From contig OZ076411.1 of assembly GCA_964187785.1 (NCBI GenBank), forward strand, positions 93,124,001-93,188,000: 64,000 nt of DNA, read 5' to 3'. The notes under the pieces are model-generated. The model made no database searches. It saw only the letters and a list, made by a program, of their open reading frames with translations, and had not been told where the DNA came from. The position numbers and the translations under genes were made by a program. Below, in pieces: positions 23,601-34,540 of this stretch. Each line of letters starts with the position of its first letter. Position 1 is the first letter of the stretch. The stretch is from Amphiscolops sp. MND2022 (lineage: Eukaryota).

Positions 23601-24821
23601 TTGTTATAGACCCGGTGGTAGTAAGTTATCCTGAACCGGACATTAGTTCTGTTTTCAGTCGTGACCAGTTTCTCAGTGAGCCTGCAGTACCGCCGTGATT
23701 CGTCTTTCTATCTATGCGGGGAGGTCAGCCATTTCCTCAGCCTGCTTTGCTCTCGGATCTATACCCCGGACACTGCCCCTGTAGCTAATGCCTGGTTTAT
23801 CCTCCTCCGTTTTCAGACAAGTGAGGGCACTTTCCTACCCGGAGACGAGTACCTGGTCCGGCTGAAAATGACCAACAAGGTGTCGTCGGCCAGCAAGGCA
23901 AGGGCCGAAGGTATCCATTTCGGCCAGAAGACTGAACGGGCTGCCAACTTGGCTACCGCTGAGACAGTCAAAGCTGATTTCGTCAAAGACAGTCAACAGT
24001 ACATCCAGTTCTTGATTGATGGAGTTCTCCAGCGGACCGGGCTCAGCACCAATCTCGTGAAAGGACTAGCAGCTTTCGACCCCTACATCATGCTAAAGAG
24101 GCCAATGGATGTGGCTTTGCGGCACTTTGACGTGCTTTACAATACCTTCGCGCTACGATCCTGGGTCGATGATTCAAACGAATCTCTATGTCGGGACCAA
24201 TATATTCAGTTATTGGATCATCTCCGTACTGCTTATGGTTCCAGCTTTGATATTACTAGTGTGGCAGCTGATCTGATCGAGTTCCTGATGGGGCTCGAAT
24301 TTCTCCACGAGCGTTCTCATCTTTTGTACCTTTTTAAGTTAAGTTGTTTGTGTACAACTGTTACCAGTCCCAGTTATTCAGATGTCGTTTTTGGAGATGT
24401 CACTACTGCCGGAGGGCAAAATCGATTTACTGACTTGGTTTTACCTTGTCAGAGTTACATGGCTAATGTTGCTGGTTCCGTCATTCGAAGCAGTGAAGAT
24501 TCCAACCTCGCTAAGTTTACTGCTCTCGCTGCATCTTTTGGACGCGCTGCCTTCTCGCCAGAATACGACCCCTGGACTTACACAGACACTTTTGGCCGGT
24601 CAAAAATATATAAGTCCCTCTTAGCCACCCATCGTAAGGCCGATACAGCTCCGAAGAGGGTCTCAGTGCAAAGTGATTTGGCGGGAACTAGTACTGAGTG
24701 CGACCAATCCGCTGTGAGGTTCCCTAGCAGTAAAAGGCGAAAGAGGGGTGGGAGCAGTTCACGGTCATCCACGTCTTCTGTTGCTGGGAGTCCCAGTAAA
24801 GACTCCACCACTAAGTCTTGA
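20613..24821 (+). pseudogene. Antisense accessory gene: BED zinc finger plus hAT-transposase-like body, with introns; decayed in this copy
   Basis: ORF segments 20613-20960, ~20906-21200, ~21200-22215, 22225-22605, 22676-23395 and 23661-24821 join via three frameshifts, one stop (21790) and GT-AG introns (22606-22675 restores the frame exactly). Contains WCHICKKNFSIKSKGPYEILRHHRTE.H. Confidence 0.75.
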
Positions 24822-25033
24822 TTTTGTACATATGTATTTATGTACGTTCAAACTGTAAACTTTGTTGATTTTCTGTTTTGTTTCTTCAATTCCTTGATGT
24901 CTTGATCCCTTATTTATTCCCTTTTTGTATGAGATCCTTTGAAATGCCCCAGTATTTATTCAAAAGAAATTCTCAGAGGGGCTTAAAACAAAGATAAAAG
25001 AAAAGAATTCCCATTTCCGGGAAAATTCAATCC

Positions 25034-28000
25034 TTAGTATCTGAAGTCTTCTGAGTAGTTTGGGTTAGGGTTAGGCCTGAGGTTATATTTCCCTCCTCTA
25101 GGGCTCAGACTTTCATTTCTAGCATCGTTTTCAGATGTTTCGGGCACGATAATATCATCCCCCCTTTTCGGAGAATTTTGTGCATCGATTTCAGTTCTAA
25201 AATTTTCATCGGGTAAAATTTCTTTGTCTTTTAGGCTGTCTGCCGTATCCGGCAAAGATTTTTCATGGCTTTTTGGGGAAATGGCCGGATTCGGCCAATC
25301 AGGTTCTTCATTTCTAGACTGTTCACTAGCTTCATTTCTTGTAGTGACGTCATCAATTAACCGTTCATTCCGGCTATGCGACGCACGATCGGCAAGATTT
25401 GATTCATCACTCGTGATTACATAATCCACTTCATTCTCGTGTGCGTCACTTGTATTCGGTTGTGCCGCATTCGGTTGTTCGCCATTCGGCACGTTAGTCG
25501 GAATAGGCTCGTTGTCTCGTGTAACTAGCTGCTCGCCAAAATCTGTTTCCCACGCTATGACGTATAGGTCATCTTGCGGAAAGACAATTTCTTCGTCTGG
25601 CTGCAGACGTTGTTCTCGGAAATTATCCTCAAGCGGTTGATTGGGGACGAACTTCTTAAGGCGAATGCGATGCAAAATTTGAGTTTTGTTCGTATTGATC
25701 CGTCGTACTATATAGTTTTCATTTGGCAAAACTTTTTGGACTACAAATGGTCCAACCCAACGGTAATCGCGGAAGGGATTTTTTGATCCCTGATGATCCG
25801 CTTTCGGCTGTAAGACGAAACAGTAATCATTCTCCTTCAATGGAGCAGCTTTTGCTTTGCGGTCGTAATATTCTTTGTACTTGATATACGACTGCATAAT
25901 GTTCTGCTTCGTTTTGTCAATTAGGATTTTTGTCCGGTTTTGGATTTCTTCAGCAAATTCGGTTGTGGGGTTGATCTGCTCATTTGGATTATTTCCAAGT
26001 TTGTGATCCAAGATATTAAATGGAATTCTTCCATGGAATACTGTCGTCGGTTCACAACCGATGCTGGCGTGATAACTAGTATTATGATTCAGTACTGCTA
26101 ATGGCAAGTATTTGTGCCACTGTCGGCGATATTCCCCACATGCCATTTTGAGATTTGTTTTCAATGATGCATGAGTTCGCTCCAATTTCCCAATTGTCTG
26201 CGGGTGTTTTGTCGTTGCACATTTGAGTGTGATGCCCAAAATCTGCGTAACCTCCGCAATAATTGTAGAAGTAAATGCAGTACCTTTATCAGTGATAAGA
26301 GTCGTTGGTAGATATGAGTGTTTAGTCATGATGTCAATGAGCGCTTTTGCTACATTGATTGCTGATGTGTCCGTAAGTGGATAGGCGAACAAATATCTGG
26401 AGAATACATCAATTGCTGTTAAGACGTTTTCATACCCAGCACTTGGGGGAAGATTCGGCAATAGGTCTATTTGCATGGCGTCTTCAAGTCCGAGGTCCCA
26501 TTCAGGCAAGTTGAGCAGCTCAGGTGTGATCGTTGCGTTAGGGACTCTTTTGTCTCTGGCACATTGTTCGCACCCTTCTTCCCACTTTTTGACGTGATTA
26601 GCCATGCTAGGGTAGTAATACCTCTGTCGAATTTCCTGCAGCATTTTTGAAATCCCAGGATGTTTATGCGCTGTCCCGTGAAGGGATTGGAGCAATTCCT
26701 GGAGTAAATGTTGCGGGAGTAGAATTTGATGGTATTTAACATTCCCTGTTTCATCGAAATATTGCCTTGTCAGGATTTCGTCCTTTAGTACAATTCGTTC
26801 CAGATTGTTTGTGTAATGTCTATATCGGGCATCCTGGTGTAGTAGATTTTCTGAATACTCTTCATGAAGCAGTTTTGCTTTCAATTGTTGTAGTACCGCA
26901 TCCTTGGATTGCTCGATAATGATCTGGTTCGTTCTCCTCAATCGGACTTGTATATCGGGGTGTTGCTTGACCAGATTTGTTGACAGAGTTTGTATAGTAA
27001 CAATGGGCTCATCAGTTGATGGATTTTTCCTAATTGCTTCTTTTCTTGCCCAATACTGTTCCTCTGTCTCATCGTCGTCATTGGTGTAGAAGATTTGTTC
27101 TTCTTGCGACACACCTGCGGATTGGACGTTGATTTCGATTGGTAGTGTTTGTACATCTTCACGAATTTTCATCACCAATTTGTCCTTTGGATCTGCTTCC
27201 AATCGGGACAAATAGTCGGCGGCTGTATTTTGTGCCCCTGGGATGTGTGCTATGACAAAATTGAACTGAATGACATAATCACACGCGTTCCACAGGGCTG
27301 GGGGTATTATTTTCGTTTGGAAAAATCTCGTGACAGCTTTGTTGTCCGTAAGGATGATGACCGGTTTCGGCGCACCCCAGAAGATATGTCCGAATTCTTT
27401 AAATGCAAAATAAATTGCAAGGAATTCCTTGGCATAAATTGACATCTTGATCTGTGCTGGGGTGAAAGTTTTTGATCCATATGCGACCGGTGCATACGAT
27501 TTTCTGAGTGATGTAAATTTCTGACTTGGGTCGTCTTCAATTAGGACCGCGTACCCGGCTGCACCAAAACTTGCATCAGTCATTAGTGCTATTTGTTTGT
27601 TCGGAATGGGTTGTTGTAGGGCCAAGTCGCAACATTTGTCTAGTGCTCTATTGATTTCTTCGAATTTTTGGACTAATTCTTTCGATACTAGGACCTTTTC
27701 GTCACTTTTGAGCATCTTGTAGAATGGAGCAAGGCGTTCGGAGAGTCTTGGGACATAATTCCTGTAATAGTTTAGGAATCCCAAATAGCGCTGTAAAGCC
27801 TTTTTCGACTATGGGAATTTGGTCTTTTCCAGAAAGTTTTGCACGTTCTGTTTCTGGGGTTTGACGCCTTGTGGGGTAATAGTCCGTCCGAGAAAATCAA
27901 TTTCTTTTGCACCGAAGTGACATTTGTGCATTGTCAACTTAAGGCCTGCTTCCTGAATGCATTTGAACGTGGCTCTCAGGTTCGTCATGAGGTGGTCGAC

Positions 28001-30241
28001 ATCATTGGCTGCGATGCCGATATCGTCCACATACTGGGCACACTGATCCGCTTTAATGACTTTGTCAAGGTATTCTCTCATGAAACTTGAGAATGCGGAT
28101 TGTGACCGACTAAGGCCTTGTGCCAAGCGTCTGTAAGCGAATGTGCGACTGGCAAAATTGAAAGCCAACATTTCGATGGAGCGTTGGTCGGCCATTGGTA
28201 GGCAGTGGTATGCCTGCGAACAGTCTAATTTACAGAACAGTTTTTTGCCTGCCAAGTGTTGGGCGGCATCAACTAGTGTACTGACGGGATGATTGTTGTT
28301 GATATAATCATCCGAGATGAGGTTGTTGATTTTTCTCAAGTCAACCAAGAGTCGGAGTTTCCCGTTCGGTTTGTTCTGTGCAAATATTGGACTCGCATAT
28401 TTCGAGAACGGTAGGGTGGTGATGATGCCATGTTTGTGTAACATGGCTAATTCGACTAGGATGTCCTCCTTCAAATTGATAGGAGCTGGAAGGCTTTGAC
28501 TATAGGCTGGGGAATCGTCCTTAGGTGTCAGTTTCACTTTGAATTCCTCGTTCATGCCTATATCAAATCGGTGTCGTGCAAAGATGTCATGGAATTCCAC
28601 TAACAATTCCTCAATTTTCTCCTTCTGTTCAGGAGTAAGGGTGGAATCTTTCCAGTCGAAGTTTTCTAAGAATTTTGCACGTGATTCTGCATCTGTGGTG
28701 GGGTCGAGTGTCTCCAGGTCCTGTAAGGCCTGTAACTCGCATAGGATTCGTTTTTGTCTAGGTGTGTGTTCCTCAGGATTTCCAGGGTTTTCTGGTGTTG
28801 GGAACCAATAATTTTCGGAGTTTTGTGGATTTCTATTGGTTTTGATGAGACTGCTGACATAATGGGCTGCTTGCTCCTGGTCATTCTGCAAAAGGTGCCA
28901 GGTTGATGCCGGATCTACCGGTTTGACATACTTCATCTGTTCTGGCGTCATGACAAAGAAATTGGCAATATGTAGTCCCTTTTTGAGTCAATAAGGGTGG
29001 TCTGTGAAATTGCTCACTGGTATCAATATATTGCCGTCATTCAGAGTGACCAAGGCTGGGCAGAATGTGATGTCGCCTTCTTCATGTAGAAGGTCGCTCG
29101 GTTGCAAAATCCCAGTGACAGCATTTTCAGGGTATAGTAGGGAATTAGTCCGGATTAGGACTCTGTCATTTGGCGGAATGGTTATTTCAGCAGGGTTGAG
29201 GATTGGTTCAAGTACGTTTGAGTACTTATGGTCAGCTGTTTTGAGCTGCATTGAAAAGAACTGGAAATTCAAAATTCCTTGTCTCATGTCCAGTACTGTA
29301 TGATTTCGTTGAAGGAACATTAGTCCAATGATCGGTCCCGTTAGATTCTCCATTACTATGAAGATTTCATGAAACTCAATGTCACCAACCTCAAATTTGA
29401 GCTCTATGGTACTCTTGGGAGTTTCTAATTGGCCATTTGCGACCATTATTTGAAAATTCGGAGGCGGACCTTCCCGGATAACTGATTGTGGTGATAGAAG
29501 TCGGATTTTCCGGAGGTCCATTTCAGGGATTGCACTGGAAAGTGCTCCATTGTCAATTAGGCCGTCTATGGTTAATTCTCCGAAGTCCATCGGGAAATAC
29601 AGCATTCTCTTCTTGCATTTGAGGTTGATACTGGTCGAAAGTGGTATACAGTCTGGTTCACCCTCTTTGGTAATGAGGATATTTTGGAATTGTTTCTCGT
29701 CCAATAGTGATTGTGGAATTGGTTCTGTACTGGCTTCGTTAGTTTCGGTTCCCAAAGGGTTCGGGAATACTGGATGGTTAGTACCATCATTCATTTGCCA
29801 GTTTTCGATTAGTGCTCTGGTTTTCTTGTTATGGGTTATCGGAGGGTTTTCGTGGACTGTGGTTTGGTAATGGGCTATATCATTCAGGACGTATTGGAAT
29901 TGTAGGAGGTCCTGGTTGTAAATCTCAATGTCTCAATAGGGATCTCTGCCATAATCTGGATCGATGTATGTTGGATTGTAATCATCGATCAGTGGAATGG
30001 GCCTGAACCGGGTGGTGAAGGTAGTGGTGTGATCAGGGTCCCAAATAGGAATTGGTTTCTGGAACAAATGGGTGTTATTGTAAGTGATGATGGTGGCTTT
30101 TCCCATCTGCTGCTGCCAGACAACAGAGGGATAGCCCATCAATTGTTGATTGTATTGGTGGAAAGTTTTTGTTGGAGGGTCCGATCTGATGTATTGTCGG
30201 ACAGATATTAATTCGTTATATTGGAGTCGTGGCGAAGTTAG
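25034..30241 (-). pseudogene. pol: Pol polyprotein (PR-RT-RNase H-IN) with three in-frame stops
   Basis: One reading frame broken by stops at 29933, 28988 and 27809. Protease GLIDNGA (catalytic DTG changed to DNG); RT LRLLVDLR, YVDDIG; RNase H TDAS, KEFLA, LTDNKA, ADYLSR; integrase HHCC, IDLL, TDKG, LER. Confidence 0.95.
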
Positions 30242-31932
30242 TTTTTTGACTCATCATTAGAATATGAGGATTGGGAGCCCGATGATGTCGGTTTGGTCTG
30301 AGGTTTCTGAGCCTTGGGATTGGGCTTGTTGTCAGTTGAGTCCTCAGGTCTAGTGCGTTTGGGTTTAAGATGTGCACCAGCACCTTGCCAACATCTCTCC
30401 TCCGGGTGGTTCTTTTTCCCACAAGTGCCACATTCCGGATATGTTTTCTTCTGCGTCGACTTGCCTTGTTGGGCATCTTTTTCTTTTTTCTTTTTGAGTT
30501 TTTCGCAGTCCTTTACCATGTGACCCTTTTCCTTGCAATAATTGCAAGTGATATCGGACAGTTGCCCTGTGGACAGAGGGGTTTTAGTTTTCGTAGTCGA
30601 GGAGGTCATTGTTGCCATCGGTAGGTCATCTGACTCCTCGAGGGCGTTAAGCTCTAATTCTCTCTCCAAATGAGCAACTATCTCATCGTAGGAGCCATTT
30701 TCTAATCTGGCCATGTTGACGGACCGCTTCAGTTTTGGTGGCAGTTTTGCGTAAAGCAAGCTGTCAATCATTTTCTGCGCATGATCACCAAACGCCTTCT
30801 CGGCTTCTTGGTTTAATTCTTCGAGAAAGTCAGGCAGTTTCATCGTGTTGGGATCGAAGACCAGACGGTGCCATTTATGTTTGGCAGTCGCCTGTGACTC
30901 GGGCTTGACGTATTTCCGTCTAAAGATGACTAATACGTCCTCTAGAGTTTGTCGGTTGCTTGAGCTGATATTTCTGAACGTCTGGAGATCATTCTTCCTC
31001 AATAAAGAGTGGAAGTGATTGATCTTCATTTGCTCAGTCATTTCTGGCTGCATCTTGATCATAGTGTGAAATAGGTCTTCGAACAGTTCGAATTTCTCAC
31101 TTTTGCCATCGAATGTCATGGTATTTGAGTTGACTGGGCGTATGGTGAGTTTTTGGGCTGTCGGTCTATTTTGCATTGTAGTCAAGACGTCTGCCAGTCG
31201 GGTGATGGGGTCGGAGTCAGCAGCCGTAGCGATTCTCTCTTGTGCTGGGATCGTCGTGTCGAGGTTGATGTCCTCGAAGGACCTGTCGAGATGATTTCTG
31301 GATGAGAGTCGTCCTGTGAGAAACTCAGGAACTTGATTTGGAGATTCGTTGTCTCCTGTCACCATGTCATGAACATTACGATGTGTTCTATCACCGTGTT
31401 CATTATTGAGGATAGTTCTAGTTTTCGCGTTATACTGGACTTCGGAATGACTTTCCGGTCTCTCGTCGGATCTCTCCCATCCCCTTCTAGTCTCTTGTCC
31501 TGAACCGGCCATAATAACGTTTTGAATTTGTGGCAAAACTTGGTTATTGATGGCATCACTTATGGCTCTCTGGATTTGAGAACTAACACTGTTCATCATC
31601 TCATCCATCTCCCTAGATATTCTAGAGTTTAGTTCACACGATAACTTATTGATCTCAGCTTGAGAATCTATACTCGCTGTGATTCGGTCGTAACCGGCAC
31701 TAGTCCCAGTTTCGGGATTCCTATGATCAGAATGGAGATTCATTTCCTCATTTTCTAAGTTATTGCTTGTAACACTTTCCTGCCTTCTAATGGAAGTTCC
31801 ATCGAGACTTTCGTCTCTCCTCATGTCATTGAAGTGATTTTCACCTAACATTATGTCAAGGTTTTCAATGTCAGAGAGAATCTCTAATCCTCTAGATTTC
31901 CTTGCTTTCTTTTGCTTTCTTGTAGTAGGCAT
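30238..31932 (-). CDS. gag: Gag (564 aa, intact ORF)
   Basis: Retrotransposon gag core (FDGKSEKFELFEDLF...KINHFHSLL...FRRKY) and two CCHC knuckles (CNYCKEKGHMVKDC; CGTCGKKNHPEERC). Confidence 0.92.
   Translation of the reverse strand: MPTTRKQKKARKSRGLEILSDIENLDIMLGENHFNDMRRDESLDGTSIRRQESVTSNNLENEEMNLHSDHRNPETGTSAGYDRITASIDSQAEINKLSCELNSRISREMDEMMNSVSSQIQRAISDAINNQVLPQIQNVIMAGSGQETRRGWERSDERPESHSEVQYNAKTRTILNNEHGDRTHRNVHDMVTGDNESPNQVPEFLTGRLSSRNHLDRSFEDINLDTTIPAQERIATAADSDPITRLADVLTTMQNRPTAQKLTIRPVNSNTMTFDGKSEKFELFEDLFHTMIKMQPEMTEQMKINHFHSLLRKNDLQTFRNISSSNRQTLEDVLVIFRRKYVKPESQATAKHKWHRLVFDPNTMKLPDFLEELNQEAEKAFGDHAQKMIDSLLYAKLPPKLKRSVNMARLENGSYDEIVAHLERELELNALEESDDLPMATMTSSTTKTKTPLSTGQLSDITCNYCKEKGHMVKDCEKLKKKKEKDAQQGKSTQKKTYPECGTCGKKNHPEERCWQGAGAHLKPKRTRPEDSTDNKPNPKAQKPQTKPTSSGSQSSYSNDESKN
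30241..30247 (-). promoter_or_regulatory. -1 ribosomal frameshift slippery heptamer A AAA AAC
   Basis: TCA AAA AAC TAA at the gag stop. The -1 frame is open (KLTSPRLQYNEL...) and is the same frame as protease, RT and integrase. Confidence 0.75.
31353..31364 (-). promoter_or_regulatory. Primer-binding site (probably tRNA-Leu type)
   Basis: TGGTGACAGGAG abuts the LTR end. Its complement CTCCTGTCACCA is one mismatch from the 3' end of typical animal tRNA-Leu(CAG), CTCCTGACACCA. Confidence 0.75.
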
Positions 31933-33092
31933 TAAGACTGAACCGGATTGAATACTTGAATTATCAATTCCGAAATGTTAACAGTGAAACCGTTTGTATT
32001 ATGAACGTCTTTATCAAATGAAGAGAAATACAAAGTATGAGTATTCCTGCAGGGGTACGGGTATTTATACCCCTAAAGGGATGAAACACACATTTTTTAC
32101 ATAGTTTGATCAAGACAAATCATAGGATTTTACAATCATCATAAGAAAATCCCCGACAACTACATATTTCCGGGGACATTTAAGGAATGGAATCCAGATT
32201 CATCATCTTAAGTAGCAACTTCAAACAATTTATCGGTTAGGACCACTTAATGGGTGATGTAAACAAATACCACAACTTGCATATTTTATAGTAACATCAA
32301 ACGAAGGCACGTGCCGGCATGAGTTTACTGCGAATTGAGTTGAAAACGGAATGCATTACTATGTGTGGAATTCTAATACTGCATTGATATCCACGAGAAT
32401 ACACTCGCATATCAGGGCCGGAGTAGGCCCAAATCCATAACATGTATTGCACATATGAAGAACATGGTAAAAAGCCTCAGTCGTCCCTTTATCCAAATCA
32501 AAAGTATACAAACATCAAAACGTCACAACCGTATTCATTTAGTCTAAAACATGATTCTAATAGCTCCGCGTAAGTACTGATCCAATTATGTAACAAAAGC
32601 ACCATTAAGCTCGAACTGGCCGGAGCCGTCCATTTGACTGTGGGACTGATTTAAATTAGCGCCGCTTAGTCAATTGACCATATCCGGCCATCATGAATAA
32701 AGCACTCATAATTAGCAAAAGGAGAGCTCTGATTGGCTAATAACCGTACTGAAAGTTACATCGCCGAGAAGGGACGTTTTCTTACTTGAACACGTTTCCT
32801 TCTCGCGATTAACTTGCTTATTGTACGTTACCGCTTTGATTAATTTCAACAACTTCCTTTTACAATCTCAATCACAACTTGATTTGGATAGCGCCAAATC
32901 GTAATTTTAACAGACTAATATCACGAACAATTATATAAAAATGCACTTGAATAAATAGAATGAATGGGATTAACTAGTAAATATAAGTTCAGTAAGGGAA
33001 AGTTTAAAATGTGGGTAGGGTACCTGGGACGATTTCCTGATTTTCCGCTGACGTTGTTATTAATGTGCCGTCACAGGCGGCAGCCTGCGACA
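31365..33092 (-). repeat. 5' LTR
   Basis: Second copy of the 1728-bp repeat; on the minus strand it begins TGTCGCAGG and ends GTTCATGACA. Confidence 0.93.
32062..32069 (-). promoter_or_regulatory. Candidate LTR TATA box (TATAAATA)
   Basis: TATAAATA on the minus strand ~130 nt upstream of the gag ATG (31932), inside an AGGGGTA/TACCCCT inverted repeat. The same motif is present in the 3' LTR. Confidence 0.5.
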
Positions 33093-34540
33093 CTGCTCAC
33101 AGGGAAATCTGACATTTCTTCCTGAAAAATTATCCAAATTTTTCCATCCAAAAGAATCGAAACGTTAGAGTTTCCAATTTTTCATCTTTTTAGAAAAGTT
33201 TTGATCACGGTGAAAGTTCATGGAATTCGTCAACTAGATAGTTTGCTTCTTGACATATACTTTCTAAATGAAATGAAGTTGTTGTATAAAAAGAGGGCTT
33301 AGAAAGTGTGAAAAAATGATAAAAAAACTTATATATTAAAATAAATGCTAGTACTTCTTAGTTTCAAAGCTTCGTATTAACTTGTTGCAACGAATATCCA
33401 CAGAGTTTGAAGACAAAACATGTAGACTTTTTCCTGATGAAACAATGATGTTCTTCTGTAGAACTCAAGCTGAGCCAAAAATCGTGAGAGCTTTGAATGT
33501 TTTCATTGCAATAAGACCATTAGCCATGCCAAAAATCTCCAAAAAGGTTGTACTGGATGAACTGAGAGTCAGAAGATGTCCACTGCTCCGCTGGCTTGTC
33601 GCTGGTAGATGGAGCCAGTGATGAGAATGCCTTATGTTACTTCTCAGCATATCTGTTCAAACATTGGCTCTTTTCTGTTCAAACCCCCAGCATCAAAATT
33701 TTTCCAAAGTAAAATTCTTCAAAAAGTTCAGACTAGCCTAATTAAATAAAAAACCTTTTCTTAACCGGAAGTTAATGTCTGTGAGAATAGTTTTTCCTTT
33801 GAAGAAAACATTTTTCACACATTTAATTACGTTCCTTATTCACTGTTTTTGTCACACAAAACAGGAAGTTGTTGATTTCTTTATCAAGAATGCGTGACTT
33901 GATACGCAAAAATAGTGTGAAAAAAGTTTGTCTCAAATGTCAAAAGTGAAGGTTTCTGGTTTGTATTCAAGTCTTTTTTTAATAATATTTCCACTATATT
34001 TTCGTAAAAATTTGGTGGTGGGGGGAACAGAAAAGAGCCCAAACATCAATCTCATGTTAGTAATATAGGCACAGGTTGTAAAATCTTTTCTATTCTGTCC
34101 TTCTAGTGAGCTTCAAATGTGGAGAAAACGCTAAGCACAGAGACAAAAAGAGTCTCACGGCATTATTGAAGTGCGAGAAAAGAGACTAATTGTCAGTTTT
34201 GTACTTGTCACTGAGTGAGATAAAGAAATCATTTTATAAATTCAACTGCCATCGAGAGCCTCTCAACAATTCAGTCAAATTAACTCATTTACTTCTCAAT
34301 TCTTTGCAGTTTGCAAGTCAACCCAAAAAGTCTACAGTATTCAAGGTGAAGAATAGTTTTATTGAGGAAGCGAGCTTCATAACATTGAATCAATGGAGTG
34401 GACAAAAATCATGGAGGTCAAGTAAAATCGATATCAATTGAATTCTAGGTAAAGAATTGTGTTTATAATGAAGCGAGCTTTATAACATTTTTCCTATAAA
34501 ATTTTGCTTGTCGTATTTGAAGATTGTGACCAGGCGGCAG

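Larger units (their letters stand above)
17117..33092 (-). mobile_element. Full-length ~16 kb Ty3/Gypsy LTR retrotransposon with two accessory genes
   Basis: Two 1728-bp direct repeats with TGTC...GACA termini, perfect 5-bp TSD CTGCT (17112-17116 and 33093-33097), PBS immediately after the 5' LTR, and gag then PR-RT-RH-IN on the minus strand. Confidence 0.95.

Noticed and set aside
20613-24821. An ordinary nested hAT transposon insertion
   Set aside because: No TIRs or 8-bp TSD were found, the catalytic motifs appear absent, and the gene fits tightly between the pol stop and the spacer. Not fully excluded without other copies.
17117-33096. Reading the 1.7-kb repeats as a circular permutation or tandem duplication of internal sequence rather than LTRs
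   Set aside because: TGTC...GACA termini, a perfect 5-bp TSD and a TGG-starting PBS exactly at the boundary together support true LTRs.
33380-33660. Short ORFs, possible transposase remnant
   Set aside because: No convincing motif in any frame.
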